A stretch of 56,617 nt of DNA, the filler included, from Dugesia japonica (lineage: Eukaryota): the NCBI GenBank assembly GCA_001938525.1. It is 5 parts of 5 records of this genome, joined end to end, with 100 filler letters (N's around TTAATTAATTAA, not from the genome) between each part and the next. Parts side by side here need not be neighbours in the genome. Positions count along the whole stretch, not along the records: positions 36,340 to 48,109 come from MQRL01641550.1; positions 48,210 to 56,617 come from MQRL01604077.1; 3 more parts are not named here. The stretch is one strand, 5' to 3'. A program made the translations under genes and the position numbers. Below are positions 38,930 to 52,279 of this stretch, in pieces. Each line of letters starts with the position of its first letter. The first letter of the stretch is position 1. Under the pieces are notes generated by a model. The model made no database searches, had not been told where the DNA came from, and saw only the letters and a program-made list of their open reading frames with translations.

Positions 38930-41200
38930 GCGGGCAAACAAATATAAACAATGTACTAAATTATGAAAAAATTCTAAAAGAAATAGAGAAGTTAAGAAGT
39001 AGTCTATTTAAGTAGTCTATTAAATTATTGGACTTAGTGGTAGCCAAAAAACTTTGTTGATATGAAAATTATTCAAATCAAATTTATTCAAGTCCAAATT
39101 TAAAAATATATACTGGAATTGGGGTGTGTGTGAAGAACATGGACTTACTAAATTTGAATTTTGTAATATGATAATGAAAATTATTAATGGTTTTGATAAA
39201 AAATTGGAGAAAAACATTGAGACCAAGTGATCTTATTGTTGTTTGCAATTTGTATCAGAAGGGAAATCAATAAAGTGACTTCATTAATTTATTCATCAAG
39301 ATTTCGAAGCATTGTAAAGTGACTGTGATATTTAATACTCAAAATCTATTTCATCCTGGAAGCAGTCATAGAACCCGCAATTTAAATGTACAATACATGT
39401 TTCTATTTAAAAATCCCGGAGATCAAACTGTTGTTGATTTTCTAGCAAGACAAGCATACCCAAATAATAAACTATTTCTTATTGAATCATTTCAATATGC
39501 AACAGAAAAACCACATAAAGATTTATTTCTCAACTTTACACAACAATGTCCAGATGACTATAGAATTAGAACAGATATATCCAGTCCAAACGGTATCACA
39601 GTATATAAACAAAATAGGTAATTTTCCTAATATTACAAAAATGACAAATTTAAAGAAATTTGTAGTCGATCCAGTAACTGATAGGGTTTTTAAACGTCTA
39701 AAAATATTGTTTGAGAAGAAAAAGTATAGAAAAAGAGGAAACAATCTCATAAGAAACATCATGTAAAAAAGTGACAGTAGATAAATAAAAGGAAGCAATT
39801 GAACATGATTAAAACACTTGTAAAAAGGTATGAAAAGAAACTAATGGAAAATAGATATCATTATAAACAAATCAAATGCATGTATTATTTTAATGAATTA
39901 AAATGAAATTACAAAGAAGTATTCAGTTTTTTATCGCCTTGATTATATCATCAAAATCGTTGAGAATGAGAATTTTGCAATCATTTACACCTTATATTAG
40001 GGATGATTTATTTGAGATTACTATTGTGTTATAGAGATTATTGTGTTTGAGATTATTATTGTGTTATAGTAGCAATACTAACAATTGCATTAGACTTCAC
40101 TTAAATAAGCAATGGGTAGATTACAATCATTACCTAATTTTGACCTGGAATTTTCATCGAATTATTGTAATAGGGACCCTGATGACCATATGGATGGCTT
40201 CAAAATGCCCAGCTCGTTTTTGAGGCGTAGAAAAATTGATGAAAGCATCTGAAAAAACGAAAGTAAAAACGAAAAAATAGTTATCAGACCAACTAGAGTA
40301 CAGGCTGAACAAGTAAATGTTGAGAAAATTTTCAACAAGAGCATATAAAGCATATAGTATTGATGATTTATAGCAAATGGATTTAATGGAGAGGATTTCA
40401 TATTCAAAAGTTAATAAAGGGTAGAAATATACGTTAACATATATTAACATGGCAATAATTAGATATAAAATGAACTTATAACGAAGTATTACGTGTTTTG
40501 AAGCATTAATCAAATCGGCACGCATTACGATAATCTTTTTCAGTCTATGTTACTCACGATTTAGTTGAAATTATCAAAAATAATGTTTATGTTAATATAA
40601 TTATTAGCAAGTGTGAAAATGATACCTTGAAAAGACATAAAATGGTATTTATTATCGCTGGTAAATAAAAATAATAGAAAATTATGGAGAGAAGTTATGA
40701 AAAAATAAGAGGAATGTCTTATAGCAGCATTACTTCCAATTTTTACAAATTACTTCCAAAACAGATCTGAATTTTACCACACCAAGGCCAGAAATCTTAT
40801 AAAACAAATAAAGATCAACTATTATTCTGTATTCTCACAGTAAAAGGCAGCACGTGTAGAGAGATTTAATCGTACATATGCTTTGAAAAAGTACTTTGTG
40901 CATACTGGTAATAAGATTTGGATACATGTGTTGCCAAACCTTATTCAGAGTTATAATTATTCAAGTCATAAAGGATTAAATGTAGCAAGACCCATTGATG
41001 TAGGCTCAAACAATCAATTAAAGTTATAGTTGTTACGGCAACAACCAAAAAAATAAAGAAACTAAAATATAAAGTTGGTGATAATGTTAGAATATCAAAG
41101 ATATCAGTTTCACCATTCATCAAAACTTTTAATAGTAATTGAGGTGTTTCAAATATCGAAAACCAATACCAAACAAAATTCAATCATGCATTCATTCAAT
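38930..41200 (+). mobile_element. Polinton/Maverick remnant 2 (ATPase and integrase fragments)
   Basis: IIGLSGSQKT; TQNLF..RTRNLNVQYMFLFKNP..LARQAYP..RIRTDI. Integrase N-terminus GVEKL..RKF..IDDL*QMDL at ~40220-40400; C-terminus VERFNRT..KYKVGDNVRISK at ~40850-41110. Confidence 0.85.
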
Positions 41201-41489
41201 TCTATGCATTTAATTTTCAACGTTCACCTTATAAAATTATGATCCTTTATGGCCAAAACAACTCGATCAACCACTTTTAGAAGTGCATGTTGCTTGGAAC
41301 AAAAATCAAAAGATATATTAAAATAAAATTTACTATGAATAATATACCAAAATTACCTTGGTAATTAAGGAAGTAATAACGACTGTAATAATAAACAAAA
41401 ACATTTCGTATAATTTCAATTTTAATTTGGAAAAGCTTTATAAGAAAAATCTGAATCTCTTTATATTTACAATGCGTCTATATATTCTG

Positions 41490-41611
41490 CCGGTTGACAA
41501 GTGATTTGCGTATCACTCAATATTTGATTGAGTGTCTTATTCCTAGAATTTTGGGAGATTGTCGGTGACTCTAAATCCAGATTGCATGCAGGCCTCCATT
41601 TGGTTTGAGTT
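41490..41611 (+). ncRNA. Candidate structured RNA motif, copy C
   Basis: TATA-like CTATATAT at ~41477; hairpin agtgat/atcact; gagtg tct tattc; tgggagattgtc GGTGAC tct aaatcc agat TGCATGC aggcctcca TTTGGTTTGAGTT; actcaa/ttgagt outer pairing. Confidence 0.55.
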
Positions 41612-42686
41612 TCTTAGATCCTCGTTTGTGATTGGTATGCAAAGCAAAGTCTATTATATGTATTTACGTTTTATTTTAATGGTGGAGAGTTAACCTTATC
41701 AATATTGCTAAATAAATGTATAGTGATATTATTTAAGCAAGCAAAATTTCATTAAAGAAGTTAGATTCATAAACCACTTAACTATGAATTACCTAAGTAT
41801 CTATATTAAAGCCATATAGGCTAAATTACTAAATTTAAGTATGAAATAAGATCATATTGTTTGATGAAAGTCTATTTATTTATACAGTTGAGTTAAAGGT
41901 AATTATTAAATTTGATTAGCCTAAAATTTCAGCTTAACTAAATCACTAAACGTTATTTTATAATATTGTGAACTAGGATACTAAAACTATATTAACATGT
42001 TATAAACTAAAATCCTAAAATTATATGAAGAAAATCAAACATTGTTTCATAAACTAAAATTTATTATTATTGACATTAACATCCATCATATATTACATTC
42101 ACCTAATAAATAACAATCAAACAAGCCCTTACGAATTTGCATGCTCTCCAGTCATACGTTAAGCGTATCTCCTTAAAATAGTCGAGCTCGTCCAGCAATC
42201 ATGTAAACACATCGGTAACACAAGTATATCGGCATCATTTTCATTATCCCAAATATCATCCAGCGCTTACACATGCGGTGTGCATTGATATCAATGGTAT
42301 TTTTTCAAGGTTTAGCAGATAAAATGTTCTGATTCTACTGCAAATTTCATCTGCTTTTATACAATTCTGATAATTTTATAATACATGTACAAATTTCTTT
42401 ATGTCACATAATTTTAACATATTTACAGGAAACCTCAATACATACACACTAGATTCAATGTATTTGCATTAAAATATACATAATCTCAATACACAAATTA
42501 TAATGTGTACGGATTTCATAAAGATTTTACAAATTTACTAATATTTGAAAAACATGCAACAAATTCATGAAAATATATGTAAAATTTATTTAAACAGTAA
42601 TTTCATTAAAATATGTAACAATTATAGTGATAAATTTCTATACTTTTCATGATTTTTTATATAAAAAATTATATTAATTTCTTTAT

Positions 42687-45600
42687 AGTTAAGTTACTTT
42701 CAAAATCAGACTTCATTTAAATATTTATTATAAATNAAAATTACACAAATTCTAAATAATATTAAAACAAAGTGTTAATCATTGTAACTCTTCCTCTCTT
42801 CAAAATGCTTTCCACTTCTTTAGTCATTCTATTCTTCTGTAATTTGAACTAGGAGGAAATTTGATTTCTACTTGCCGATTTGATATGAACTTCATTATCT
42901 GATTTGGTTCTTCATATTGGAAATCATTATTTTTTCTTTTGTGTGGTTCTACACGAACTAACACCCACTTCCACACTTTGAAAATTCTCTGTCCACGCTT
43001 TTCATTTTCAAAATTTGCCATTTTATTAACTGCATCATTTAAATTTTGTCTAACTGATTCTAGATTAACTGTTTTGTTTTCAGAAATGGTTTTCACCTTT
43101 GAATGCAAATTTATCCGCCTTCCAAAATTAATCTCAAAGGGTGACAATATTGTCGACTCTTGAACAGTAGCGTTTATACGAACTTAATTCTTGGAAGTAA
43201 TGCATCCAAGTTACTCTCATTACAATTTACTTCAAGTGAAGTTGTAATCATATCTCTTATCATACGAATCATTCTTTCTACCAGCCCATTCGATTGGTGT
43301 TGGTACAGAGAGCTGAATTCTTATTTAATATTAAACTTTGCTGATTTCTCTGACATATATTTACTCTCAAACAATCTTCCTCTGTCGGTTAATATGCTTT
43401 TTGGTTTGCCAAAACGATATATCCATTTGTTCAAAATTATTCCGAAAATTGTTTCTTCATTTATCTTTGATACCGCTGATATACTTACTAGTTTGCTAAA
43501 CTGGTCGATAATCACCGCAAAATAGTTTTTTCCTGATAACAATGTTTCCATATGAGCAATATTTACCATAATTTGTTCCAAAATATCTTGACACTTTCTA
43601 GGTAACAGCAGCTCTTTCGTTCTTCCTCGATCAATTTTTCGTTTTGCACAAATCACACATTTATTCAAGTTATTTTTAATAGTCTCCATCATTGCAAGCC
43701 AGTAATAATTATTATCTAAATATGAAAATATCTTTTTTATTCTTAAATGAAATAATTCTTTATGATTATTTCGTTGGTTATACTCGTACTATTATTAAAT
43801 GGTACTATTATCAAATTTTTATTTTCTCTTTCTGCGACTAATAATCCATCATCCANNNNNNNNNNNNNNNNNNNNNNNNNNNNNNNNNNNNNNNNNNNNN
43901 NNNNNNNNNNNNNNNNNNNNNNGTTTTGCATTATTTGAATTCTTCTATGTATTATTGGATTATCGTTCTGTGCATTCCGAATTTTTTCTATGATTTCTTT
44001 TCTATTGTATGTTATTAATATATTTTATTCTTGATTTTTCTTTCTTGGCATCCAAATGTACTGTTTGGCATTGTGAGCATAAACTCTCTTTTATTCGCTA
44101 TAATCTATCAGCATTGTTGTGTTCTTCCCCTTTCGATATTTTAACTCAAAATAATATTCTCCTAGATTTGCCTTCCACGTCTGAAATATTAAGCTTATCA
44201 ATCGTTGTGTGTTATTCATAAATATCAGTGCTTTGTGATCTATTTTTGCTAAGAATCTTTTTTCATATAGATATTGCTTGAAATGTATCACATATTCATG
44301 TAATGCTAGCAATTCTTTTCTTGTAACGCAGTAGTCATTTTCATGAGCAGTGAGGTGCCTGGATTTATATGCTATCACCATTTCTACACTATCTTCTGTT
44401 CTTTGGCTCAACACTGCACCAATAGCATCGAAATTTGCCTCAGTATCTAATATACATTCTATTTTCTCTTGGATAATCTAAAAATGGTGCATTACATAAC
44501 TTGTCTTTAGGGTTTTCACAACTTTTCTGCATGCTTCTGTCCACATCAAGGTTTTGTCACATCATAAAATAGCTTCATATAAATGTGTTGCAATTCTGGC
44601 GTAATCCTTGATAAAAAGTCTGTAGTAATTCGTTAAGCCAAGAAAAGACCTGAGTTTAGATGAACATTATAGTTCTTCGGCATTTTCTATTTCCTGAATA
44701 TTCGTTTTGTTTTGTTTTTATTCCTTCTGCACTTATTGTGTGTCCCAAAAGACAAGTTGTTTTCGGTAAAATTTATATTTTTTTGGATTTTATCTCAATC
44801 TTGATTCTCTTATTCTGTTAAAAACTTCTTTTAAATTTCATTATGATCTTCAACCGTCCTTCAATACACTTATATATCATATGGATATACGATGACACCT
44901 TTAAAAATTACCCCGTCAACATATCATNNNNNNNNNNNNNAAACGTTTCCGGTGACGTTGCTAACCAAAATGGAATCTGATTGTACCTAAATTGACCCTT
45001 TTTTGTAATAAAAGCCGTAACATCTCTCGAGCTTTCTGATAGTACTACCTAATAGTAAGCTTGTTCTCTATCAATTGAAGAATATATTCTTGCACCTGCT
45101 AAGCAATCCAACAATTACTGGATGTCTGGCATCGAAAATGAAACTTTTTCAGTGATCATGTTCAGATGTCGATAATCAACACATATTCTTATCGAACCAT
45201 CTTTTCTTCCAACAATTACTAAAGGTAAATTCCACGGACTTTTACATTTGCTAATTACCCCAATACTTACTAAATTCTGTATTATTTCGTCAATCTTCTT
45301 TTCTAAGTGCATTGGTTGTCTCCGGGGATGTTGAACAATTGGATCTCGAAATACTTTTATTTAATGTATTACTTGTTTTGTATGTCCTATATCAAACTTA
45401 GACGCCGTGAATATTTCACCAAACTTCGAAATTAGATCATTTAGATCTTTATTATTTGTAAATTATTGTAATTCTGTCTATTATCGTTTGAATGGTTTAT
45501 TCCCGTAAACTCAGTTTCAATGTTATTAACTTCTATCAGTTTAATTCCGAAACTTTTCATTGCATTTATCCCACCAATAAGTTGTGGTCGTATATTTTTA

Positions 45601-47923
45601 ACTATTATGATTTTAATAACTCTCACTTTATTATCCCATTTAACGCTCAGTTCTACACATCCTAATAACCTCTCTCCACTGCTCGAAAATATCCAATTTA
45701 ATATGACGTTGCAACATAAAAAGGATGGTTTTCCTACTTTCAACCAGTACTCTTCGCTCATAACTGTAATCAATGCTAACCGAATCCCACAACATTTCCA
45801 ATTTTACTCAATTTACGTTTACTTTGCTCCAATCTCTTCCGTCTTTAGTTTCATACATCTCTCTTCTGTCTTCATTATTTCGATTCGGGTTATCTCTTCT
45901 TAAACTATCTCCACTGACGAAATGTATGCAACAGAGTTGTTTTGGTTTTTTCATGCATTTCAAAGCTTTCTTTTTCGTCAGTTTGCATCTCTTATTCCTC
46001 TTAGATCCATAGAATTTTAATATTTTTGCCATTAGATTGACCTTGCACAATATAGCATTGACGGAAATTGTGTCCAACTTTCCAGCATATTAAATATTAG
46101 GGGTATGCATAAATTCACATCGCTGTGTATATGTTGAATTTAAGTAATATTAATAATAATATATCATCTAAAAATTTGTAATTTGTTTAAGTAAGTCAAT
46201 ATTAATTATATTAATAGCATAAATTTGATAATTAAATTAAGTTTACCAAATTATTTGCAGAAATTATAATGGAAATAGATAAAATGCATATACACCAGTG
46301 CATTTTGTTTCTGTTTAATCAGAGAAAAACATCAGTTGAAGCCACTCGGATCATTTGCAATACAAATTTTGATGAAGCAGTAGCCAAGAGCTCATGTCGT
46401 CAATAGTTTCGACGCTTCAAAAGCCGTGATTTTAATTTGAACGATAAAAAACGCACTGAGTGGTCACATGAGATGAGTTTGGATAACTTGGAAGCACATT
46501 TGAAAGAGGACTCTACTCCATCGAGTGTAGAATTGGCAGGACGGTTACATATAAGCCAGAGCACCATAATTCGATTGTTACATCAGTTTGGAAGGATCCA
46601 GAAAAAAGGAAAATGGGTTCCACATGATTTATCCGAGAACAACATTACCAGTCGACTCACCACTAGTCTTTTTTTCTCTCAATAGACACAAACAAAAGTC
46701 TTTTTGCATCAAATGGTGACCGGAGACGAAAAGTGGATATATTATTCTAATCCCAATCGCAAAANNNNNNNNNNNNNNNNNNNNNNNNNNNNNNNNNNNN
46801 NNNNNNNNNNNNNNATTCATGACCACAAAGCTCTTCTTTGTATCTGGTCTTTTGTATCTTTATATTTTAATGGACATTAATAACGCATATGTCCATGCTC
46901 TTCACAACAATAACATTGTCCTTCTTGTATTCTTTCTTCTTGTGTTTCAAATAATCCTCTACATCTGTTAAAATGACATCTTGCAATGATTCATTGAAAC
47001 TGTCGAATTTCTACTTAAACTATGTCTTCTGCTCTCTGTAATCACCGATTATGACATCTTCTCGTTGTATTTTCTCTAATACGTTGACATTTCTGTTCTT
47101 GGTTTTTCATATTTTACATTATTATTGGTTTTAAAATTAATTGACGGTTGGTTTTGAGGCCGTCTCTCATGACTACGTCGGTCTCCTTTTACACATTCTT
47201 ACACATTTTCTCTGTATTGCGTAAATAACTTCATTTCCAGCAACGCGTTGGAAATGTTCTTTATCTTTATATATTTTTGACAGAGATCTCATCTCGGCAA
47301 CTTTAGTTTTTGGTCTTGTTGTAAGTGACTCTCACAAATTTTGATTCCTGACTTNCTTTGNCAGGAAATCATTTACAATTTCGTCANTACTTAACCCTGA
47401 ATTCAATACACAGTTAACTAAATTTCTTACTCGTATCTTGAACGTTGCAAATATTTCTTCTGATTCTTGTTTAACTGTTGCAAGCTCTATTATCATTTCT
47501 GTGATAGATTTCGTTATTGTAAAAGTGTCTATATACCACTTTTTTGCATCTTCTTTCGTAATTCTGCCTCACTTAAAATTTTCCCATAAAACTGCGGCTT
47601 CTTCTGATAACAAGAGATCAAAAATTACCATCAAGCTTAAACCATTCACAATAAGCCATTTGCCGATTTCTTTCAGCCATGCTGTAGCTTCTGAAGCATC
47701 TTTACAATCATATTTTCTATATTAAAATTGATAAGCTCGTGAGTCTTCTTAAGCAAGGCTTCTAATATTAATTTTTGTTGTTGGCGTGTAAATACATTAA
47801 CATTTTCGGAGTGGTCGCCAGTTAAATTACTTTCAAAATCAGACTTCATTTAAATATNNNNNNNNNNNNNNNNNNNNNNNNNNNNNNNNNNNNNNNNNNN
47901 NNNNNNNNNNNNNNNNNNNNNNT
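42687..47923 (-). mobile_element. Degenerate Ty3/Gypsy LTR retrotransposon with ~103-bp AGT..ACT LTRs
   Basis: 3' LTR 42687-42789 next to a PPT; 5' LTR from 47820 (partly in gap) overlapping PBS TGGCGACCAC by 1 nt. Gag knuckles, protease region, SPWNLPLV..RICVDYR, RNase H VIAYKSR..TRKELLA, integrase FGKPKSILTDRG. Confidence 0.9.
46097..46850 (+). mobile_element. 5' part of a mariner element nested in Gypsy gag
   Basis: TA|TTAGGGG start; HTH region, GKWVPHDL, VTGDEKWI; truncated at ALLCIW. Confidence 0.85.
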
Positions 47924-47939
47924 CTATTATATTTATTTT

Positions 47940-48109
47940 AAAACCCAATGTAATTTTATACCATAAACCAGTACAGTTTCACATAGGAAATTAATGCAGT
48001 TTCACACAGGAAACCAACACAGTTTCATACAAGAAGCTTATATAGTTTCATACTAGAATCATCATTGTATCATACAGGAAATCAATGCAATTTCACACAA
48101 AAACCATAA
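47940..48109. repeat. Degenerate ~23-bp minisatellite (ACAGGAAACCAATGCAGTTTCAC-like)
   Basis: About 7 divergent tandem units running into an N gap. Confidence 0.75.
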
Positions 48110-48539
48110 NNNNNNNNNNNNNNNNNNNNNNNNNNNNNNNNNNNNNNNNNNNNTTAATTAATTAANNNNNNNNNNNNNNNNNNNNNNNNNNNNNNNNNNN
48201 NNNNNNNNNTTTAAAGGTTACCAATCCATGTTTTGATCTTTGCGCCTTCTACTATTAGTTAATTTTATTTTTTTTCTTTCTACAGCTTTTAGCTGGCCAA
48301 ACTAAGATTGAAAACCTTGGGGAGGATTTTCTGGCTTTAAAGACAGCCTTTGTTAATGTTGGCGCACTTTGCGTTTTGAACTTCAAAAAGAATGAATTTC
48401 AAAGAAGAATTAATTGTAATTGAAATAAAGTATTGAATTAAAANNNTTGTTTTAGTTGATTTAAATGAAGAAAAGAAATAAAACTAACAAACATCATTGA
48501 TAATCATTAAATTAAACTGAAAATATTATGCCAATAATT

Positions 48540-51090
48540 TATTAAAAAATTAAATAAAGTAGAAGTTTAAAATATTTTGAAGGTTTAACTAAATTAAGTC
48601 AAGGTTGTATTTATTAATATTAGGCTACGATAACAATGTACTAATATTAAACAAAAGACTTTATTATGATGTCAATCTTTTGTTTTGTCTTCTGTGTTTA
48701 TCACTTTTCCAAAAAAGAAACTCAGATTCAAGATCAATGTTCTGTCCACTTGTTAAATAAAACTTTATCCTCATCTACATGTCCAAATGATCTAATTCCA
48801 GTCTGTTGAGGGATTTCGTCTTGATATTGTTCATTAAATTGTATCCTCGTTCTGCATCAGCACTGGAGGCTTGAAATGTGCCACAGATATCATGCAATAT
48901 TGCTAGGTTTGAAAACTTATCATCCGCCAATTCATAGCTAACTACATCTGAGAATGTTTTTAATGTCCCAGATTTTAACTTTTCATTTAGTATAAATTTA
49001 AACTCGTTATATTTCTTGATCAATATATTCCTTGTATCACCTTGTATCAGAAAATGATTGTATTTGGCACATAATTTCAGCAGCTCTTAATTTTCAAATT
49101 GAAAGTCTGTTTGTACTTGAATTGGTTGGGTATCGAATGCAACCCATTCTTCTACTTCTCCTTCAGGAAAACTCTCATATAAATAGATGCAAACTCGAGG
49201 AATAAGTCTAAGAATTCCAGCTCTATCAACATCAATAAATTGATCATTTGAAAGTAATTCTACCACTTCCTCACTCCAATTTACTTTTTGTGCTATGTAC
49301 TGAAGTTGCAGTTTAGTAATATTTTCCTTTGCAAACTGAATTGCTTCAAGTGTAGTTATGCAGCTGCGTTGGAAAACACAACATAACTCAGCCAGTTCAG
49401 CTAGAACATTATTCAAACATTTTTATCAAACAGTATTTTGCAATAGAAACTTTATCCTCATCAACTTGTTTTTTAAAATAGTCAATTAACATCATATAAT
49501 TTCTCGATAAGGCTTTTACAGCAAAATATCTAGACATCCACCACACCTCATTAAGTGGTCGAAATGAGATGACATCATAGTCTGCAACATTGTATAATTC
49601 TTCAAATTCAGGTTTGTTAACACTTGACCTACTGAAAGTAGTGTAAACAATTTTTAATAATAATTCAATATCTTTCATCATAGTTAAATTCTTCCATGCA
49701 TCATCAATGCCCAGATCTTCATTATGTGCGACACAGTGCTGCACTGTCAAATGTGTCAACTCTGACGAAAAAGAACATCAACACCATTACGCTTACCTAA
49801 CATTATTGATGCACCATCTGACGTAAACATCACCATTTTCTGAACATCAAGTTGATTGTCTGCATAAAACTTCTTGATTGCTTCACAANTAGTTTTACTG
49901 TCACATGCTGTCAATTTAACAACACTAGCAAAGTATGCTTGATGACACTTTACTGTAGTTGGTCGATACTTGATATAGATAATGAAGATTTTAGTGACTG
50001 ATATGTCTGCACTCTCTTCCACAATCAATGATTGAAATTGGAAATTACGAATTTCTCTCACGATGGCTTCTTTAACAACAGAATCAATACACTCGACAAA
50101 TTTGAAAGCGTAATTTTTACTCCGCCAACTCTCTGTAATTTTAACATACTTTGCCAAATGATTATGAATGTCTTGCACANACAACATAGATGAATTCATT
50201 GAAATTGACAGAATAACATTGTCTATCAAAATCTTTACTTGCTCACTTATGCTTCTGTGACGTTCGTTTAATTCTATTCTTGTCTGCTGACCACTGATTG
50301 TTTCGATAAGCAAAGTGTTGATTCCACCACGAGACTTCATTCTTCTCAATTTAGCCACCGATTCAAAGTGTACTTTTTGAACAAGACGTGTTTTTAAATA
50401 ATCCATTTTCCAAAGATCGCAGATCTTTCCAACCGCAAACTCACAAGAAGACTTGGCTTCCTCGCACATCTTGCAAACAACTCCTTTAACTTCACTGGAC
50501 GTAAAAATAGTTCCAAGATTAACACATGTAGGTGTTTTTTAATCTACAGTTTCAGTTTTGACGAGTTTAAAACTAATAGCAGATCTTGTCCTTGGCTCCA
50601 TCAAATCATGTTGTTGTGTTCGTTTTACCATTTATAATTTATAAATATGGAAAGTGATTTCAAAAAATTATAAAAATCTATTTGTTGTAAAATAATTTTA
50701 TTTGTCTTAACTTATCCCTGTAACATGCAAATAAGCATTGAGAGGATTCTTGCAGTCTGGCTTGATTGATATAATTATATTCTGAGTCATAAGACAAAAC
50801 AAAAGATTGACATCATTATAAAGTCTTTTGCTTTCTTTTAGTAAATTTTTGTCGTAGCCTAATATTATTAAATACAATCTTGACTTATTTAAGTTAAANT
50901 TTCAAAATATTTTAGACTACTACTTTATTTAATTTTTTATTAAAAATCATTTCAAGTTTTGTTATAGTCTGCTACTACTACCACTTAAAAGTCTATCTGT
51001 AGAAATTTTAAATTATCTTGGTAAAAGCCCTTTTTGGGGGGCGTAGACCGCGTGACTCCTGACCCCCATCCACTTTGACATACCCTGCCT
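48540..51090 (-). mobile_element. hAT transposon (ZNF862/C17orf113-like transposase), decayed
   Basis: LIVEESADIS; FTSDGASIMLG; HCVAH; EVWWMS; TFQASSADAERGY..IKTK..NRL; ~150-bp inverted repeats flank the ORF. Confidence 0.9.
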
Positions 51091-51459
51091 GAGAATATAA
51101 TTTCCGTAAAAAAATTTGCTCCGTAAGTTTTGCAGTCTGCTCAGTAGTCTTTGTTCTGCGCTCATTAATCTACATACCTTAGAGGGAACATTGGATATGG
51201 AGTGATAATTTTCGAGCCAATTCATACACGATACTAACATTTGTATAATCAATATTATTATTATTATNNNNNNNNNNNNNNNNNNNNNNNNNNNNNNNNN
51301 NNNNNNNNNNNNNNNNNATTATTATTATTATTATTATTATTATTAAACTATTAAAAATTTGAAATAAAGTCTAAACACCACAAATCATCGTAAATAATGT
51401 GAAATTATTTTTGTAGATGAGAAGGTGGTTAAAAATACCGCTCAATTTAATTGATATCA

Positions 51460-51583
51460 TAGGGTAAGATTACCTAGTAAAACCCGGCAAAAATTCATTT
51501 AAGCGTCCATAATCTAGGTCTTTGGAATAGAGCTGGTGACTCGCAACACGTAGTGCATGCTCGTATTCTTTTGGTTCGGGCTT
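51460..51583 (+). ncRNA. Candidate structured RNA motif, copy D
   Basis: ggaatagagc t GGTGAC tcg caaca cgtaG TGCATGC tcgtattct TTTGGTTCGGGCT. Stem gaatagagc/gctc(g)tattc; outer stem aaacccgg..caaaa/ttttg..tcgggctt. Confidence 0.55.
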
Positions 51584-52279
51584 ACAAACTATTTAATCGA
51601 TTTAATTATTTTTCGATGACTCCGTAGTTTTCATCATCATCGATTATCTTCTCATTAGTTGTTTATAAAAACCTTTCTGTGTTTTGGTTTTACTGGTCTA
51701 GATCCCCTTTCTGTGGTTTAATAATTTTGAAGATTCTGTATCAAGTCACTCGTTTTTTACGCGGTATCTTGTGAAATAATATCTCTGTTCACTTAACAAT
51801 TTTTGTACTCGACTGTGATACATTATTAAGTCGTTATTTGTTTTCTCTTACGATCATCATCTGCATCATTATTATTTTCATTTAGGTTAGCATTATCATC
51901 ATTGTTATTCTCTTTATTATTCACAATCAGCAACTTTTTCCATATTCGGAAACGGGCGAATGCTTTCTCATCTTTTTATAGGGAATATATCAATTTTAGG
52001 ATTATTATTATTATTATAATCATTATTATTAGTAGTTATCATTATCCTTATCATCATTAATATTACGATTCTTATAATGATTATTATTATTCTTATTATT
52101 CTCACCATTATTACCAATATTACTATCATCATTATTATCGTTGATAAGAATTAAGTTGACAAAATTTTATCTCAATTATTTATTATTAATGATTAATAAT
52201 GGAAAGAATCATTATACAAGTTATTAATATATTATTCGTTACTGGTTAAGTGTCTTTCAATATTATAATACATACAAAC

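Noticed and set aside
47940-48109. CRISPR-like array
   Set aside because: Eukaryotic context, no unique spacers, no cas genes; it is a minisatellite.
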